Positions 1 to 12,443 of a DNA stretch of 38,166 nucleotides are shown piece after piece. Under the pieces are notes generated by a model. That model searched no databases. It saw nothing but the letters and a program-made list of their open reading frames with translations, and was not told the DNA's origin. A program made the translations under genes and the position numbers. Position 1 is the first letter of the stretch, and every line of letters starts with the position of its first letter. Origin of the DNA: Nemertoderma westbladi. Taxonomy: Eukaryota; Animalia; Xenacoelomorpha. The stretch is from the NCBI GenBank assembly GCA_032718475.1, contig JAUCBJ010005446.1, positions 1 to 38,166 on the forward strand, in the 5' to 3' direction.

Positions 1-383
1 ACTGATAATAAAGTCTCAAAATCATAACCCAAAGTCCCGTGACTTTAGCTCTCTTATTTTCCAAGAATCCCGTTCAACACATGTAATCAGCAGTGAGACA
101 GGATAATTTCAGTTCAGTAGCTCGGGATTGGTCGAAATCAGAACTAACTCAACGCAGGGCTATGGGTAACTAGGGCAACCTTCCCAAGCCGGCTGTCCAA
201 TCGAACAGCTCAGATCCCTCCTAAAGGATTCCAACGCCTTGGAGGGGGAACTGGTTAGCAAAGAAAACAAATCAGTCATATCCCAGAAAAACCTTTACAG
301 TAGGTTTCAGAGTATTTTAGCGTATGGGGGAAAAACTGGGTTGCGGGGCGAAGGGCCAGTTACATCCCACAGAAGCTTTTACA

Positions 384-3020
384 ATATTTTACTCACACAA
401 CGCACTCATCGACCATGAATCGTACTGTACTTTACTATCATCGGGTTTGGTTGGATATTTTACTCACACAACGCACTCATCGTCCATGAATCGTACTGTA
501 CTTTACTATCATCGGGTTTGGTTGGATATTTTACTCACACAACGCACTCATCGTCCATGAATCGTACTGTACTTTACTATCATCGGGTTTGGTTGGATAT
601 TTTACTCACACAACGCACTCATCGTCCATGAATCGTACTGTACTTTACTATCATCGGGTTTGGTTGGATATTTTACTCACACAACGCACTCATCGTCCAT
701 GAATCGTACTGTACTTTACTATCATCGGGTTTGGTTGGATATTTTACTCACACAACGCACTCATCGTCCATGAATCGTACTGTACTTTACTATCATCGGG
801 TTTGGTTGGATATTTTACTCACACAACGCACTCATCGTCCAGGAATCGTACTGTACTTTACTATCATCGGGTTTGGTTGGATATTTTACTCACACAACGC
901 ACTCATCGTCCATGAATCGTACTGTACTTTACTATCATCGGGTTTGGTTGGATATTTTACTCACACAACGCACTCATCGTCCAGGAATCGTACTGTACTT
1001 TACTATCATCGGGTTTGGTTGGATATTTTACTCACACAACGCACTCATCGTCCAGGAATCGTACTGTACTTTACTATCATCGGGTTTGGTTGGATATTTT
1101 ACTCACACAACGCACTCATCGTCCAGGAATCGTACTGTACTTTACTATCATCGGGTTTGGTTGGATATTTTACTCACACAACGCACTCATCGTCCATGAA
1201 TCGTACTGTACTTTACTATCATCGGGTTTGGTTGGATATTTTACTCACACAACGCACTCATCGTCCATGAATCGTACTGTACTTTACTATCATCGGGTTT
1301 GGTTGGATATTTTACTCACACAACGCACTCATCGTCCAGGAATCGTACTGTACTTTACTATCATCGGGTTTGGTTGGATATTTTACTCACACAACGCACT
1401 CATCGTTCATGAATCGTACTGTACTTTACTATCATCGGGTTTGGTTGGATATTTTACTCACACAACGCACTCATCGACCATGAATCGTACTGTACTTTAC
1501 TATCATCGGGTTTGGTTGGATATTTTACTCACACAACGCACTCATCGTCCATGAATCGTACTGTACTTTACTATCATCGGGTTTGGTTGGATATTTTACT
1601 CACACAACGCACTCATCGTCCATGAATCGTACTGTACTTTACTATCATCGGGTTTGGTTGGATATTTTACTCACACAACGCACTCATCGTCCATGAATCG
1701 TACTGTACTTTACTATCATCGGGTTTGGTTGGATATTTTACTCACACAACGCACTCATCGTCCATGAATCGTACTGTACTTTACTATCATCGGGTTTGGT
1801 TGGATATTTTACTCACACAACGCACTCATCGTCCATGAATCGTACTGTACTTTACTATCATCGGGTTTGGTTGGATATTTTACTCACACAACGCACTCAT
1901 CGTCCAGGAATCGTACTGTACTTTACTATCATCGGGTTTGGTTGGATATTTTACTCACACAACGCACTCATCGTCCATGAATCGTACTGTACTTTACTAT
2001 CATCGGGTTTGGTTGGATATTTTACTCACACAACGCACTCATCGTCCAGGAATCGTACTGTACTTTACTATCATCGGGTTTGGTTGGATATTTTACTCAC
2101 ACAACGCACTCATCGTCCAGGAATCGTACTGTACTTTACTATCATCGGGTTTGGTTGGATATTTTACTCACACAACGCACTCATCGTCCAGGAATCGTAC
2201 TGTACTTTACTATCATCGGGTTTGGTTGGATATTTTACTCACACAACGCACTCATCGTCCAGGAATCGTACTGTACTTTACTATCATCGGGTTTGGTTGG
2301 ATATTTTACTCACACAACGCACTCATCGTCCATGAATCGTACTGTACTTTACTATCATCGGGTTTGGTTGGATATTTTACTCACACAACGCACTCATCGT
2401 CCATGAATCGTACTGTACTTTACTATCATCGGGTTTGGTTGGATATTTTACTCACACAACGCACTCATCGTCCAGGAATCGTACTGTACTTTACTATCAT
2501 CGGGTTTGGTTGGATATTTTACTCACACAACGCACTCATCGTCCATGAATCGTACTGTACTTTACTATCATCGGGTTTGGTTGGATATTTTACTCACACA
2601 ACGCACTCATCGTCCAGGAATCGTACTGTACTTTACTATCATCGGGTTTGGTTGGATATTTTACTCACACAACGCACTCATCGTCCATGAATCGTACTGT
2701 ACTTTACTATCATCGGGTTTGGTTGGATATTTTACTCACACAACGCACTCATCGTCCAGGAATCGTACTGTACTTTACTATCATCGGGTTTGGTTGGATA
2801 TTTTACTCACACAACGCACTCATCGTCCATGAATCGTACTGTACTTTACTATCATCGGGTTTGGTTGGATATTTTACTCACACAACGCACTCATCGTCCA
2901 GGAATCGTACTGTACTTTACTATCATCGGGTTTGGTTGGATATTTTACTCACACAACGCACTCATCGTCCATGAATCGTACTGTACTTTACTATCATCGG
3001 GTTTGGTTGGATATTTTACT
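384..3020. repeat. 71-bp tandem satellite, ~37 near-identical copies
   Basis: Unit ATATTTTACTCACACAACGCACTCATCGTCCA(T/G)GAATCGTACTGTACTTTACTATCATCGGGTTTGGTTGG repeated head-to-tail; variation is almost confined to one T/G site. Confidence 0.98.
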
Positions 3021-3375
3021 ACTGTAGTAATCATCTTTCGTGGGGCTGCTAACAGGTTTCCCATTCCAATGCCGTTACTCTTAGTCAATAACTTGTCATT
3101 GAACTTGAAATAGTTAGTTAGTTGAAATACTTCAAAACTAAATCTAAGAATGAGCTAAATTCAGTTTTATGCCAAGGATGTATATTTTACTTTCATTTTC
3201 TGTAATGACTTCTACCATATATTCTTTCGATTCGGGAATATTTTTTTCTTTATCAACTCAACAATGTGATCCCCGGGTGACTAGGGCTTACCAATATATT
3301 TCAGAATTAAATTATTATTCGCAGAAGGACTACTGTATTTCATTCAGTAATAAAGAAGAATGCATTCCGTTTCAG

Positions 3376-3584
3376 AGGGAAAGAAGGGGAAGAAGGCAAA
3401 GAAGAAAAAATCTTACAAACTACAAAATTGCGATGATGGAGAACATTGTCTCCCCGAGGTAGTGATAGAAGAGATGAGGAAGTCAGGAAAGAAGCAGGGG
3501 GGTCGAAAGAAAGGCAAATGTTTGTTGGAAGGGGAGGAATGTGAAATCAGGAAACATAAGAAAAAGAAAGGTAGGCCTAAGTGA
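3376..3584 (+). CDS. Possible Lys-rich terminal exon of an unidentified gene
   Basis: Open frame GKKGKKAKKKKSYKLQNCDDGEHCLPEVVIEEMRKSGKKQGGRKKGKCLLEGEECEIRKHKKKKGRPK-stop follows a plausible acceptor (tttcag, ending 3375). No recognisable homology. Confidence 0.25.
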
Positions 3585-4503
3585 TGGTTGTACTGTAGTT
3601 ATTGGTCAGTGGGTTAATCGCACTTTTTTATTGGTTCCGATACATCTGAAATAAACAACAACAGTATGTAGCGCAGTCGGTGATGGCGTATTTACCATCG
3701 GACATACAGAATATGAGAAATATAAATAATTTAACATTGAATTACTAATTTTTTGTCCGTTTACTGACTTTTTGTGACACTTATTCTTGAAACTGTCAGT
3801 GCCTAGTCTATTTATTTCTGGACTGTCAGATAGTCGATTTGGTAGAACCCCCCCCCCCCCCCCCCCACCCCATATGTTTAACTTTTGATATTGAAAACTT
3901 GATTTTCTTCACATTTGGGTAAACTGAAAAGTGACACATAGCAGCAGAAAGTCTTGTAGTGATTCACGATCTAGTGGTACCCAAGGCGTACTACAGTACA
4001 TACTCTACTATATAGTACGCACGCCTTGGTGGTACACCTATGTTGTCATCGCTGCGCCCAGCCATAGGGGGACTTTGATGCGCCCATATTGTTCGGCTGG
4101 AATCTTAAATTTATTCTTTACTCCTTAAGGTGAATTTTATAGAAATTTGGGTCCTAAATAAACTCCCAAAAGAACCACCCAAAAGAACCAAATAGAACCC
4201 AAAATAACCTAAATTTGTTATAAACATTAGATTTTTACCTCCAAATCTGCTGGCAGACGTCCTTTTGCTGAGATTTTGTACCAACCATACTTGTGCTTGA
4301 ATCTATTCTTCGAATTAACTAACCTGGCTCTTAACCCGACTTAATAGAATACTGACATTCTACTGTAAGTTACTTACTAAGTCAGACTGTAAAACTCAAA
4401 CACACAGTAGTGGAAAGATACCAATAACTACAATACGTAGGCCTAATGTAACGTTAAGGCCTACGTAATTAACGTATCAGCTCTACAAACTTGTAGCGTT
4501 GAA

Positions 4504-7500
4504 GGGCCGCGGTTGGGAGGTTGGGAGGGCCGCGGTTAGGAGGGGGCATCTAAAGGGCCGCGGTTAGGAGGTTGGGAGGGTTGCGGTTGGGAGGTTGGGA
4601 GGGCCGCGGTTGGGAGGGGGCATCTAAAGGGCCGCGGTTAGGAGGTTGGGAGGGCTGCGGTTGGGAGGGCCGGGGTTGGGAGGGCCGCGGTTAGGAGGGG
4701 GTATCTAAAGGGCCGCGGTTAGGAGGTTGGGAGGGCCGGGGTTGGGAGGTTGGGAGGGTTGCGGTTGGGAGGTTGGGAGGGCCGCGGTTGGGAGGTTGGG
4801 AGGGCCGCGGTTAGGAGGGGGTATCTAAAGGGCCGCGGTTAGGAGGTTGGGAGGGCCGGGGTTGGGAGGTTGGGAGGGCCGCGGTTAGGAGGGGGTATCT
4901 AAAGGGCCGCGGTTAGGAGGTTGGGAGGGCTGCGGTTGGGAGGGCCGGGGTTGGGAGGGCCGCGGTTAGGAGGGGGTATCTAAAGGGCCGCGGTTAGGAG
5001 GTTGGGAGGGCCGGGGTTGGGAGGTTGGGAGGGCCGCGGTTGGGAGGGCCGCGGTTAGGAGGGGCATCTAAAGGGCCGCGGTCAGGAGGTTTGGAGGGCC
5101 GCGGTTGGGAGGTTGGGAGGGCCGGGGTTGGGAGGTTGGGAGGGCCGCGGTTGGGAGGTTGGGAGGACCGCAGTTGGGAGGTTGGGAGGGCCGCGGTTAG
5201 GAGGGGGCATCTAAAGGGCCGCGGTTAGGAGGTTGGGAGGGCCGCGGTTGGGAGGGCCGCGGTTAGGAGGTTGGGAGGGCCGCGGTTGGGAGGGCCGGGG
5301 TTGGGAGGTTGGGAGGGCCGCGGTTGGGAGGTTGGGAGGGCCGGGGTTGGGAGGTTGGGAGGGCCGCGGTTGGGAGGTTGGGAGGGCCGGGGTTGGGAGG
5401 TTGGGAGGGCCGCGGTTGGGAGGGCCGCGGTTAGGAGGGGCATCTAAAGGGCCGCGGTTAGGAGGGGGCATCTAAAGGGCCGCGGTTAGGAGGTTGGGAG
5501 GGCCGCGGTTGGGAGGTTGGGAGGGCCGCGGTTGGGAGGTTGGGAGGGCCGCGGTTAGGAGGGGGCATCTAAAGGGCCGCGGTTAGGAGGGGGCATCTAA
5601 AGGGCCGCGGTTAGGAGGTTGGGAGGGCCGCGGTTGGGAGGGCCGCGGTTAGGAGGTTGGGAGGGCCGCGGTTGGGAGGGCCGGGGTTGGGAGGTTTGGA
5701 GGGCCGCGGTTGGGAGGTTGGGAGGGCCGGGGTTGGGAGGTTGGGAGGGCCGCGGTTGGGAGGGCCGCGGTTAGGAGGGGCATCTAAAGGGCCGCGGTTA
5801 GGAGGGGGCATCTAAAGGGCCGCGGTTAGGAGGTTGGGAGGGCCGCGGTTGGGAGGTTGGGAGGGCCGCGGTTGGGAGGTTGGGAGGGCCGCGGTTAGGA
5901 GGGGGCATCTAAAGGGCCGCGGTTAGGAGGGGGCATCTAAAGGGCCGCGGTTAGGAGGTTGGGAGGGCTGCGGTTGGGAGGTTGGGAGGGCCGCGGTTAG
6001 GAGGTTGGGAGGGCTGCGGTTGGGAGGTTGGGAGGGCCAAGGTTGGGAGGGCCGCGGTTAGGAGGGGGCATCTAAAGGGCCGCGGTTAGGAGGGGGCATC
6101 TAAAGGGCCGCGGTTAGGAGGTTGGGAGGGCTGCGGTTGGGAGGTTGGGAGGGCCAAGGTTGGGAGGGCCGCGGTTAGGAGGGGCATCTAAAGGGCCGCG
6201 GTCAGGAGGTTGGGAGGGCCGCGGTTGGGAGGTTGGGATGGCCGGGGTTGGGAGGTTGGGAGGGCCGCGGTTGGGAGGTTGGGAGGGCCGCAGTTGGGAG
6301 GTTGGGAGGGCCAAGGTTGGGAGGGCCGCGGTTAGGAGGGGGCATCTAAAGGGCCGCGGTTAGGAGGTTGGGAGGGCCACGGTTGGGAGGTTGGGAGGGC
6401 CGCGGTTAGGAGGGGGCATCTAAAGGGCCGCGGTTAGGAGGTTGGGAGGGCTGCGGTTGGGAGGTTGGGAGGGCCAAGGTTGGGAGGGCCGCGGTTAGGA
6501 GGGGCATCTAAAGGGCCGCGGTCAGGAGGTTGGGAGGGCCGCGGTTGGGAGGTTGGGAGGGCCGGGGTTGGGAGGTTGGGAGGGCCGCGGTTGGGAGGTT
6601 GGGAGGGCCGCAGTTGGGAGGTTGGGAGGGCCGCGGTTAGGAGGGGGCATCTAAAGGGCCGCGGTTAGGAGGTTGGGAGGGCCGCGGTTGGGAGGTTGGG
6701 AGGGCCGCGGTTGGGAGGGGGCATCTAAAGGGCCGCGGTTAGGAGGGGGCATCTAAAGGGCCGCGGTTAGGAGGTTGGGAGGGCTGCGGTTGGGAGGTTG
6801 GGAGGGCCGCAGTTGGGAGGGCCGCGGTTAGGAGGGGGCATCTAAAGGGCCGCGGTTAGGAAGTTGGGAGGGCCGCGATTGAGAGGTTGGGCGGACCGCG
6901 GTTAGGAAGGGGCATCTAAAGGGCAGCGGTTAGGAGGGGGCATCTAAAGGGCAGCGGTTAGGAGGGGGCATCTAAAGGGCAGCGGTTAGGAGGGGGCATC
7001 TAAAGGGCAGCGGTTAGGAGGGGGCATCTAAAGGGCAGCGGTTAGGAGGGGGCATCTAAAGGGCCGCGGTTAGGAGGTTGGGAGGGCCACGGTTGGGAGG
7101 TTGGGAGGGCCGCGGTTAGGAGGGGGCATCTAAAGGGGCGCGGTTAGGAGGTTGGGAGGGCCGCGGTTAGGAGGTTGGGAGGGCCGCGGTTGGGAGGTTG
7201 GGAGGGCCGCGGTTGGGAGGTTGGGAGGGCCGCGGTTAGGAGGGGGCATCTAAAGGGGCGCGGTTAGGAGGTTGGGAGGGCCGCGGTTAGGAGGTTGGGA
7301 GGGCCGCGGTTGGGAGGTTGGGAGGGCCGCGGTTGGGAGATTGGGAGGGCCGCGGTTGGGAGGTTGGGAGGGCCGGGGTTGGGAGGTTGGGTGGGCCGCG
7401 GTTAGGAGGGGGCATCTAAAGGGCCGCGGTTAGGAGGTTGGGAGGGCCGCGGTTAGGAGGTTGGGAGGGCCGCGGTTGGGAGGTTGGGAGGGCCGCGGTT

Positions 7501-9553
7501 GGGAGGTTGGGAGGGCCGCGGTTAGGAGGGGGCATCTAAAGGGCCGCGGTTAGGAGGTTGGGAGGGCCGGGGTTGGGAGGTTGGGAGGGTTGCGGTTGGG
7601 AGGTTGGGAGGGCCGCGGTTGGGAGGTTGGGAGGGCCGCGGTTAGGAGGGGGCATCTAAAGGGCCGCGGTTAGGAGGTTGGGAGGGCCGGGGTTGGGAGG
7701 TTGGGAGGGTTGCGGTTGGGAGGTTGGGAGGGCCGCGGTTGGGAGTTTGGGAGGGCCGGGGTTGGGAGGTTGGGAGGCCCGCGGTTAGGAGGTTGGGAGG
7801 GCCGCGGTTGGGAGGTTGGGAGGGCCGCGGTTGGGAGGTTGGGAGGGCCGCGGTTAGGAGGGGGCATCTAAAGGGCCGCGGTTAGGAGGTTGGGAGGGCC
7901 GGGGTTGGGAGGTTGGGAGGGTTGCGGTTGGGAGGTTGGGAGGGCCGCGGTTGGGAGGTTGGGAGGGCCGCGGTTAGGAGGGGGCATCTAAAGGGGCGCG
8001 GTTAGGAGGTTGGGAGGGCCGCGGTTAGGAGGTTGGGAGGGCCGCGGTTGGGAGGTTGGGAGGGCCGCGGTTGGGAGATTGGGAGGGCCGCGGTTGGGAG
8101 GTTGGGAGGGCCGGGGTTGGGAGGTTGGGAGGGCCGCGGTTAGGAAGTTGGGAGGGCCGCGATTGAGAGGTTGGGCGGACCGCGGTTAGGAAGGGGCATC
8201 TAAAGGGCAGCGGTTAGGAGGGGGCATCTAAAGGGCAGCGGTTAGGAGGGGGCATCTAAAGGGCAGCGGTTAGGAGGGGGCATCTAAAGGGCAGCGGTTA
8301 GGAGGGGGCATCTAAAGGGCCGCGGTTAGGAGGTTGGGAGGGCCACGGTTGGGAGGTTGGGAGGGCCGCGGTTAGGAGGTTGGGAGGGCCACGGTTGGGA
8401 GGTTGGGAGGGCCGCGGTTAGGAGGGGGCATCTAAAGGGGCGCGGTTAGGAGGTTGGGAGGGCCGCGGTTAGGAGGTTGGGAGGGCCGCGGTTGGGAGGT
8501 TGGGAGGGCCGCGGTTGGGAGGTTGGGAGGGCCGCGGTTAGGAGGGGGCATCTAAAGGGGCGCGGTTAGGAGGTTGGGAGGGCCGCGGTTAGGAGGTTGG
8601 GAGGGCCGCGGTTGGGAGGTTGGGAGGGCCGGGGTTGGGAGGTTGGGAGGGCCGCGGTTAGGAGGGGGCATCTAAAGGGCCGCGGTTAGGAGGTTGGGAG
8701 GGCCGCGGTTAGGAGGTTGGGAGGGCCGCGGTTGGGAGGTTGGGAGGGCCGCGGTTGGGAGGTTGGGAGGGCCGCGGTTAGGAGGGGGCATCTAAAGGGC
8801 CGCGGTTAGGAGGTTGGGAGGGCCGGGGTTGGGAGGTTGGGAGGGTTGCGGTTGGGAGGTTGGGAGGGCCGCGGTTGGGAGGTTGGGAGGGCCGCGGTTA
8901 GGAGGGGGCATCTAAAGGGCCGCGGTTAGGAGGTTGGGAGGGCCGGGGTTGGGAGGTTGGGAGGGTTGCGGTTGGGAGGTTGGGAGGGCCGCGGTTGGGA
9001 GGGCCGGGGTTGGGAGGTTGGGAGGCCCGCGGTTAGGAGGTTGGGAGGGCCGCGGTTGGGAGGTTGGGAGGGCCGCGGTTGGGAGGTTGGGAGGGCCGCG
9101 GTTAGGAGGGGGCATCTAAAGGGCCGCGGTTAGGAGGTTGGGAGGGCCGGGGTTGGGAGGTTGGGAGGGTTGCGGTTGGGAGGTTGGGAGGGCCGCGGTT
9201 AGGAGGTTGGGAGGGCCGCGGTTAGGAGGTTGGGAGGGCCGCGGTTGGGAGGGCCGCGGTTGGGAGGTTGGGAGGGCCGCGGTTGGGAGGTTGGGAGGGC
9301 CGCGGTTGGGAGGTTGGGAGGGCCGCGGTTAGGAGGGGGCATCTAAAGGGCCGCGGTTAGGAGGGGGCATCTAAAGGGCCGCGGTTAGGAGGGGCATCTA
9401 AAGGGCCGCGGTTAGGAGGTTGGGAGGGCCACGGTTGGGAGGTTGGGAGGGCCGCGGTTAGGAGGGGGCATCTAAAGGGGCGCGGTTAGGAGGGGGCATC
9501 TAAAGGGCCGCGGTTAGGAGGGGGCATCTAAAGGGCCGCGGTTAGGAGGGGGA
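4504..9553 (+). repeat. G-rich complex satellite (~5 kb)
   Basis: Mosaic of GGTTGGGAG, GGGCCGCGGTT(A/G)GGAG and the 28-bp module GGGCCGCGGTTAGGAGGGGGCATCTAAA; extreme G/C strand skew. Confidence 0.97.
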
Positions 9554-9944
9554 TAACCGATGAGTGGATGAGTAATCGGATAGTATTATTCCTTGAAAAG
9601 GAATTCAGACATTTCGCCATCTAGCTGGAGACTGTTGAAAAGATGGTGTCTAAATTCTCTAAAAAATCTAATCTTTTGCTCATATTGATGCCTGCAAATT
9701 TTCAATTCGACAGCTTTAAACCGACAATGTTGGATCCTCGGCCACCCCACTAACAGAATCAGTTCGCAGAGGCTCTGCAAACTTTGTGGCTCGCCCCACA
9801 TAAGAGTGAAAACAAATAACTCAAATTAAATAGTTATGCTACGCTTGACCTTACTGTTGGCCTATACTAAATCAGTCGCAGTCTTGATATATGTGAGATT
9901 TCGGTTTGGATACATATTGGTTATATACAGTTGTAGGTCTACTG

Positions 9945-10570
9945 TCACAGAGGATAGCTTTTCCAACAAAAAACAATAAACGATTTCTTTAGCAATACAG
10001 GGAAAAGAGTAGGTTACAGAGGCGGGCTTTTCTAACCAAAACAATAAACGTCTTCTTTAGCAATACAGGGAAATGAGTAGGTTACAGAGACGGGCATTTC
10101 TAACCAAAACAATAAACGTTTTCTTTAGTAATACAGGGAAAGGAGCAGGTTACAGAGGCGGGCTTTTCTAACCAAACCAATAAACGTTTTCTTTAGCAAT
10201 ACAGGGAATGGAGTAGGTTACAGATGTGGGCTTTTCTAACCAAAACAATAAACATTTTTTTAGCAATACCTGGAAAGGAGCAGGTTATAGAGGCGGGCTT
10301 TTTTAACCAAAACAATAAACATTTTCTTTAGCAATACCTGGAAAGGAGCAGGTTACAGAGGCGGGCTTTTTTAACCAAAACAATAAACGTTTTCTTTAGT
10401 AATACAGGGAAAGGAGCAGGTTACAGAGGCGGGCTTTTCTAACCAAACCAATAAACGTTTTCTTTAGCAATACAGGGAATGGAGCAGGTTGCAGATGTGG
10501 GCTTTTCTAACTAAAACAATAAACTATTCCTGTAAGAATACAGGGAAAGGAACGAGTTTTTCTAACCTAA
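9945..10570. repeat. 68-bp minisatellite, ~9 diverged copies
   Basis: Unit approximately GGCGGGCTTTTCTAACCAAAACAATAAACGTTTTCTTTAGCAATACAGGGAAAGGAGCAGGTTACAGA. Confidence 0.92.
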
Positions 10571-10975
10571 ACAAAAAAATACAGAATCTCATTACCAATT
10601 GAGATAAAAGAGCACTTTACAGAGTAGGTTATTTAAAATAAACTACACTACCTGAGTACTACAATTCTAAAATAATTAGTAAATTAATTTTCTACTAAAT
10701 ATAAATAATAGTGATAGGAAATTTCACAGTATCAGTAGGTCTACGTATTGCAGTTCCGCAATATTATTATTTCTAGGGTTTATGCATTACCTTTATACCA
10801 CTCTTTCCTTATACTGATACTGGTAATGATGGCCTAGGAGAACAGCTCAGTAGTACCGGATAACTTAAATCGGAAAAATAAAACTAAAAAAAAGAACCAA
10901 AAGTCTAAATAATGTCCTTAAAGCGACACAATGAAGTACGCGAGGTATTAGTGGACCTACTCGAATCTATGGTGG

Positions 10976-11127
10976 GAGCAGCAGTAGTTCCAGTACTCCT
11001 CTATGGGAGTCCATACTGGGCTCTAACTGCTGAGGACACCAAATCTATGGATGGCACAAGGATGCTACGCCGGGTTCACTGTGTCAAGTACAATGAACAC
11101 ATCTCCAACCAGACACTATATAACATT
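10976..11127 (+). mobile_element. RTE-clade LINE fragment (C-terminal region)
   Basis: Translates AAVVPVLLYGSPYWALTAEDTKSMDG-RMLRRVH...HISNQTLYNI, closely matching 14345-14512. Confidence 0.85.
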
Positions 11128-11340
11128 ATTGATAGTAACAATGTGTTGGCAAGCTGTATTTTTCGAGGTATTTGTTATTATACATTTATTATAGGAAGGG
11201 ATCTTGGGGTCTTAGCCTCGAATGATAAGTTTATTTTACCGAAAATAACTTATCTTTTATTGGCGCAATTGTAGGACTAATCCCATCACAGGGCTAATAA
11301 AATGGCAGCTGGCTTTGAAATTAATACTCCATATCTCAAG

Positions 11341-11402
11341 AACCTGTGGCCTAGTGGTTGTAGTCTCGGCTTCCACCTCGAGGTCCCAGGTTCGAATCCG
11401 AC
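11341..11402 (+). promoter_or_regulatory. tRNA-derived (Gly-TCC-like) Pol III head: A box + B box
   Basis: A box TGGCCTAGTGG 11347-11357; anticodon-arm remnant CTCGG-CTTCCAC-CTCGAG; B box GGTTCGAATCC 11389-11399. The acceptor stem is not intact. Confidence 0.8.
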
Positions 11403-11445
11403 ACCACGCTGATGAGACCCAGTAAGGTCGAAACGCGTACGTGGT
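11403..11445 (+). ncRNA. Minimal type I hammerhead ribozyme
   Basis: Stem I ACCACG/CGTGGT (6 bp perfect); core CTGATGA 11409-11415; stem II GACC-cagtaa-GGTC; GAAA 11430-11433; palindromic mini stem III ACGCGT; cleavage triplet GTA 11437-11439. Confidence 0.9.
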
Positions 11446-11536
11446 TTGGAGAGATATGAGATATTAATTTCAAGAAAAAATTACGCGATTCCTAAATTTG
11501 TACACTACCCGGTTAAAAAGTACGCTTTGGCTTATG

Positions 11537-11745
11537 CTTTGGCAGCCTTATTGAGTGAATAAGCATGGTGGACAGCCCATGACTTTCTTGAGACGCATCT
11601 TAAAAAAGGACACTGGCCTTGAAGATGCGGATGATCTAGCAAATGTCATATGTGTGATAGGGAGTTGTGGCGGCGCAATTTTGTCGACAGGCCGGCACAG
11701 CATTCTTGAAAATGCAGCTGCAATGCAGCATGCCGATCCTAGTAG
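11537..11745 (+). mobile_element. RTE-clade LINE 3' end fragment
   Basis: NKHGGQPMTFLRRILKKDTGLEDADDLANV; near-identical to 14618-14805. Confidence 0.85.
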
Positions 11746-11759
11746 TTTGGTGGGACCCT

Positions 11760-12443
11760 TTCAGGTCAAATGGAAATAAGTGACGCTGAACCAAGGCTAT
11801 TTATTAGACAGTGCAAGAATCGAAATCATTAGGTTTCACCAAGGCTCCCGTCGCTATGCAGTAAGGGATGCGAGAGAAGGACCTTGAAAGAGTTGTGCGA
11901 GGAGTGAGGCGGCGTCTGCAGTTCGTGCTCCTCCAGAAGAGCTCACTGTACCTTCGTGGCAGTCGGCGATCAAGGCACACCCTGGGATCGTCGATGGAGA
12001 GCTGACATGCGGGGATAGGACAGTGCAACGCTGTATTATAGGGGATACATACTGCAATTAGAAATTACCTCACAAACTCTGCGCAGAAAGAGTCCCGACT
12101 CAAACAGACTACAGCGGCCAAGAATGCAGTTAAGGCTGCATCTAGGTCCCTGAACAGGCAGTACTCTGTTATTCTACAGGAGCTAATAAACCAACAGGTT
12201 GATGCCATCAATGATGCTGACGACAGCAGGCAATCATCCCAGGCATGGAAATCGATCAACTTGCTTACTGGGCGGAAAAGCCAACCAACCACCAAGGTTA
12301 AGGCTGAATCACCAGCCGATCGCCTCAATGGTTGGAAGGCCCACTTTGAAAAGCTCCTCAATAATGACAGGGTATTGCCTGATAACTTTATAGAAGTAAA
12401 AGTGTCTGAGTCTGTACTCCCAGATATTCCCATTGGCGATATC
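11760..12443 (+). mobile_element. RTE-clade LINE fragment (linker upstream of RT)
   Basis: Frame reads QAWKSINLLTGRKSQ...RLNGWKAHFEKLLN, typical of the region before the RT in LINE ORFs. Its last 88 bp recur at the start of the RT copy (13144-13231). The 5' boundary is approximate. Confidence 0.75.

Noticed and set aside
384-3020. CRISPR-like or ribozyme array
   Set aside because: No unique spacers and no cas genes; the minus strand has CGATGAG but lacks the CTGATGA/GAAA core and stems.
324-3113. Many overlapping ORFs (MVGYFTHTTH...)
   Set aside because: Translations of the 71-bp satellite; the unit length is not a multiple of 3 and the frames cycle.
5025-9332. Gly/Arg- and Pro-rich ORFs
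   Set aside because: Artefacts of the G-rich satellite on both strands.
4504-9553. True telomere array or rRNA fragment (CATCTAAAGGGC resembles an 18S antisense word)
   Set aside because: TTAGG is never tandemly pure, and the rRNA resemblance is only about 12 nt with no extension.
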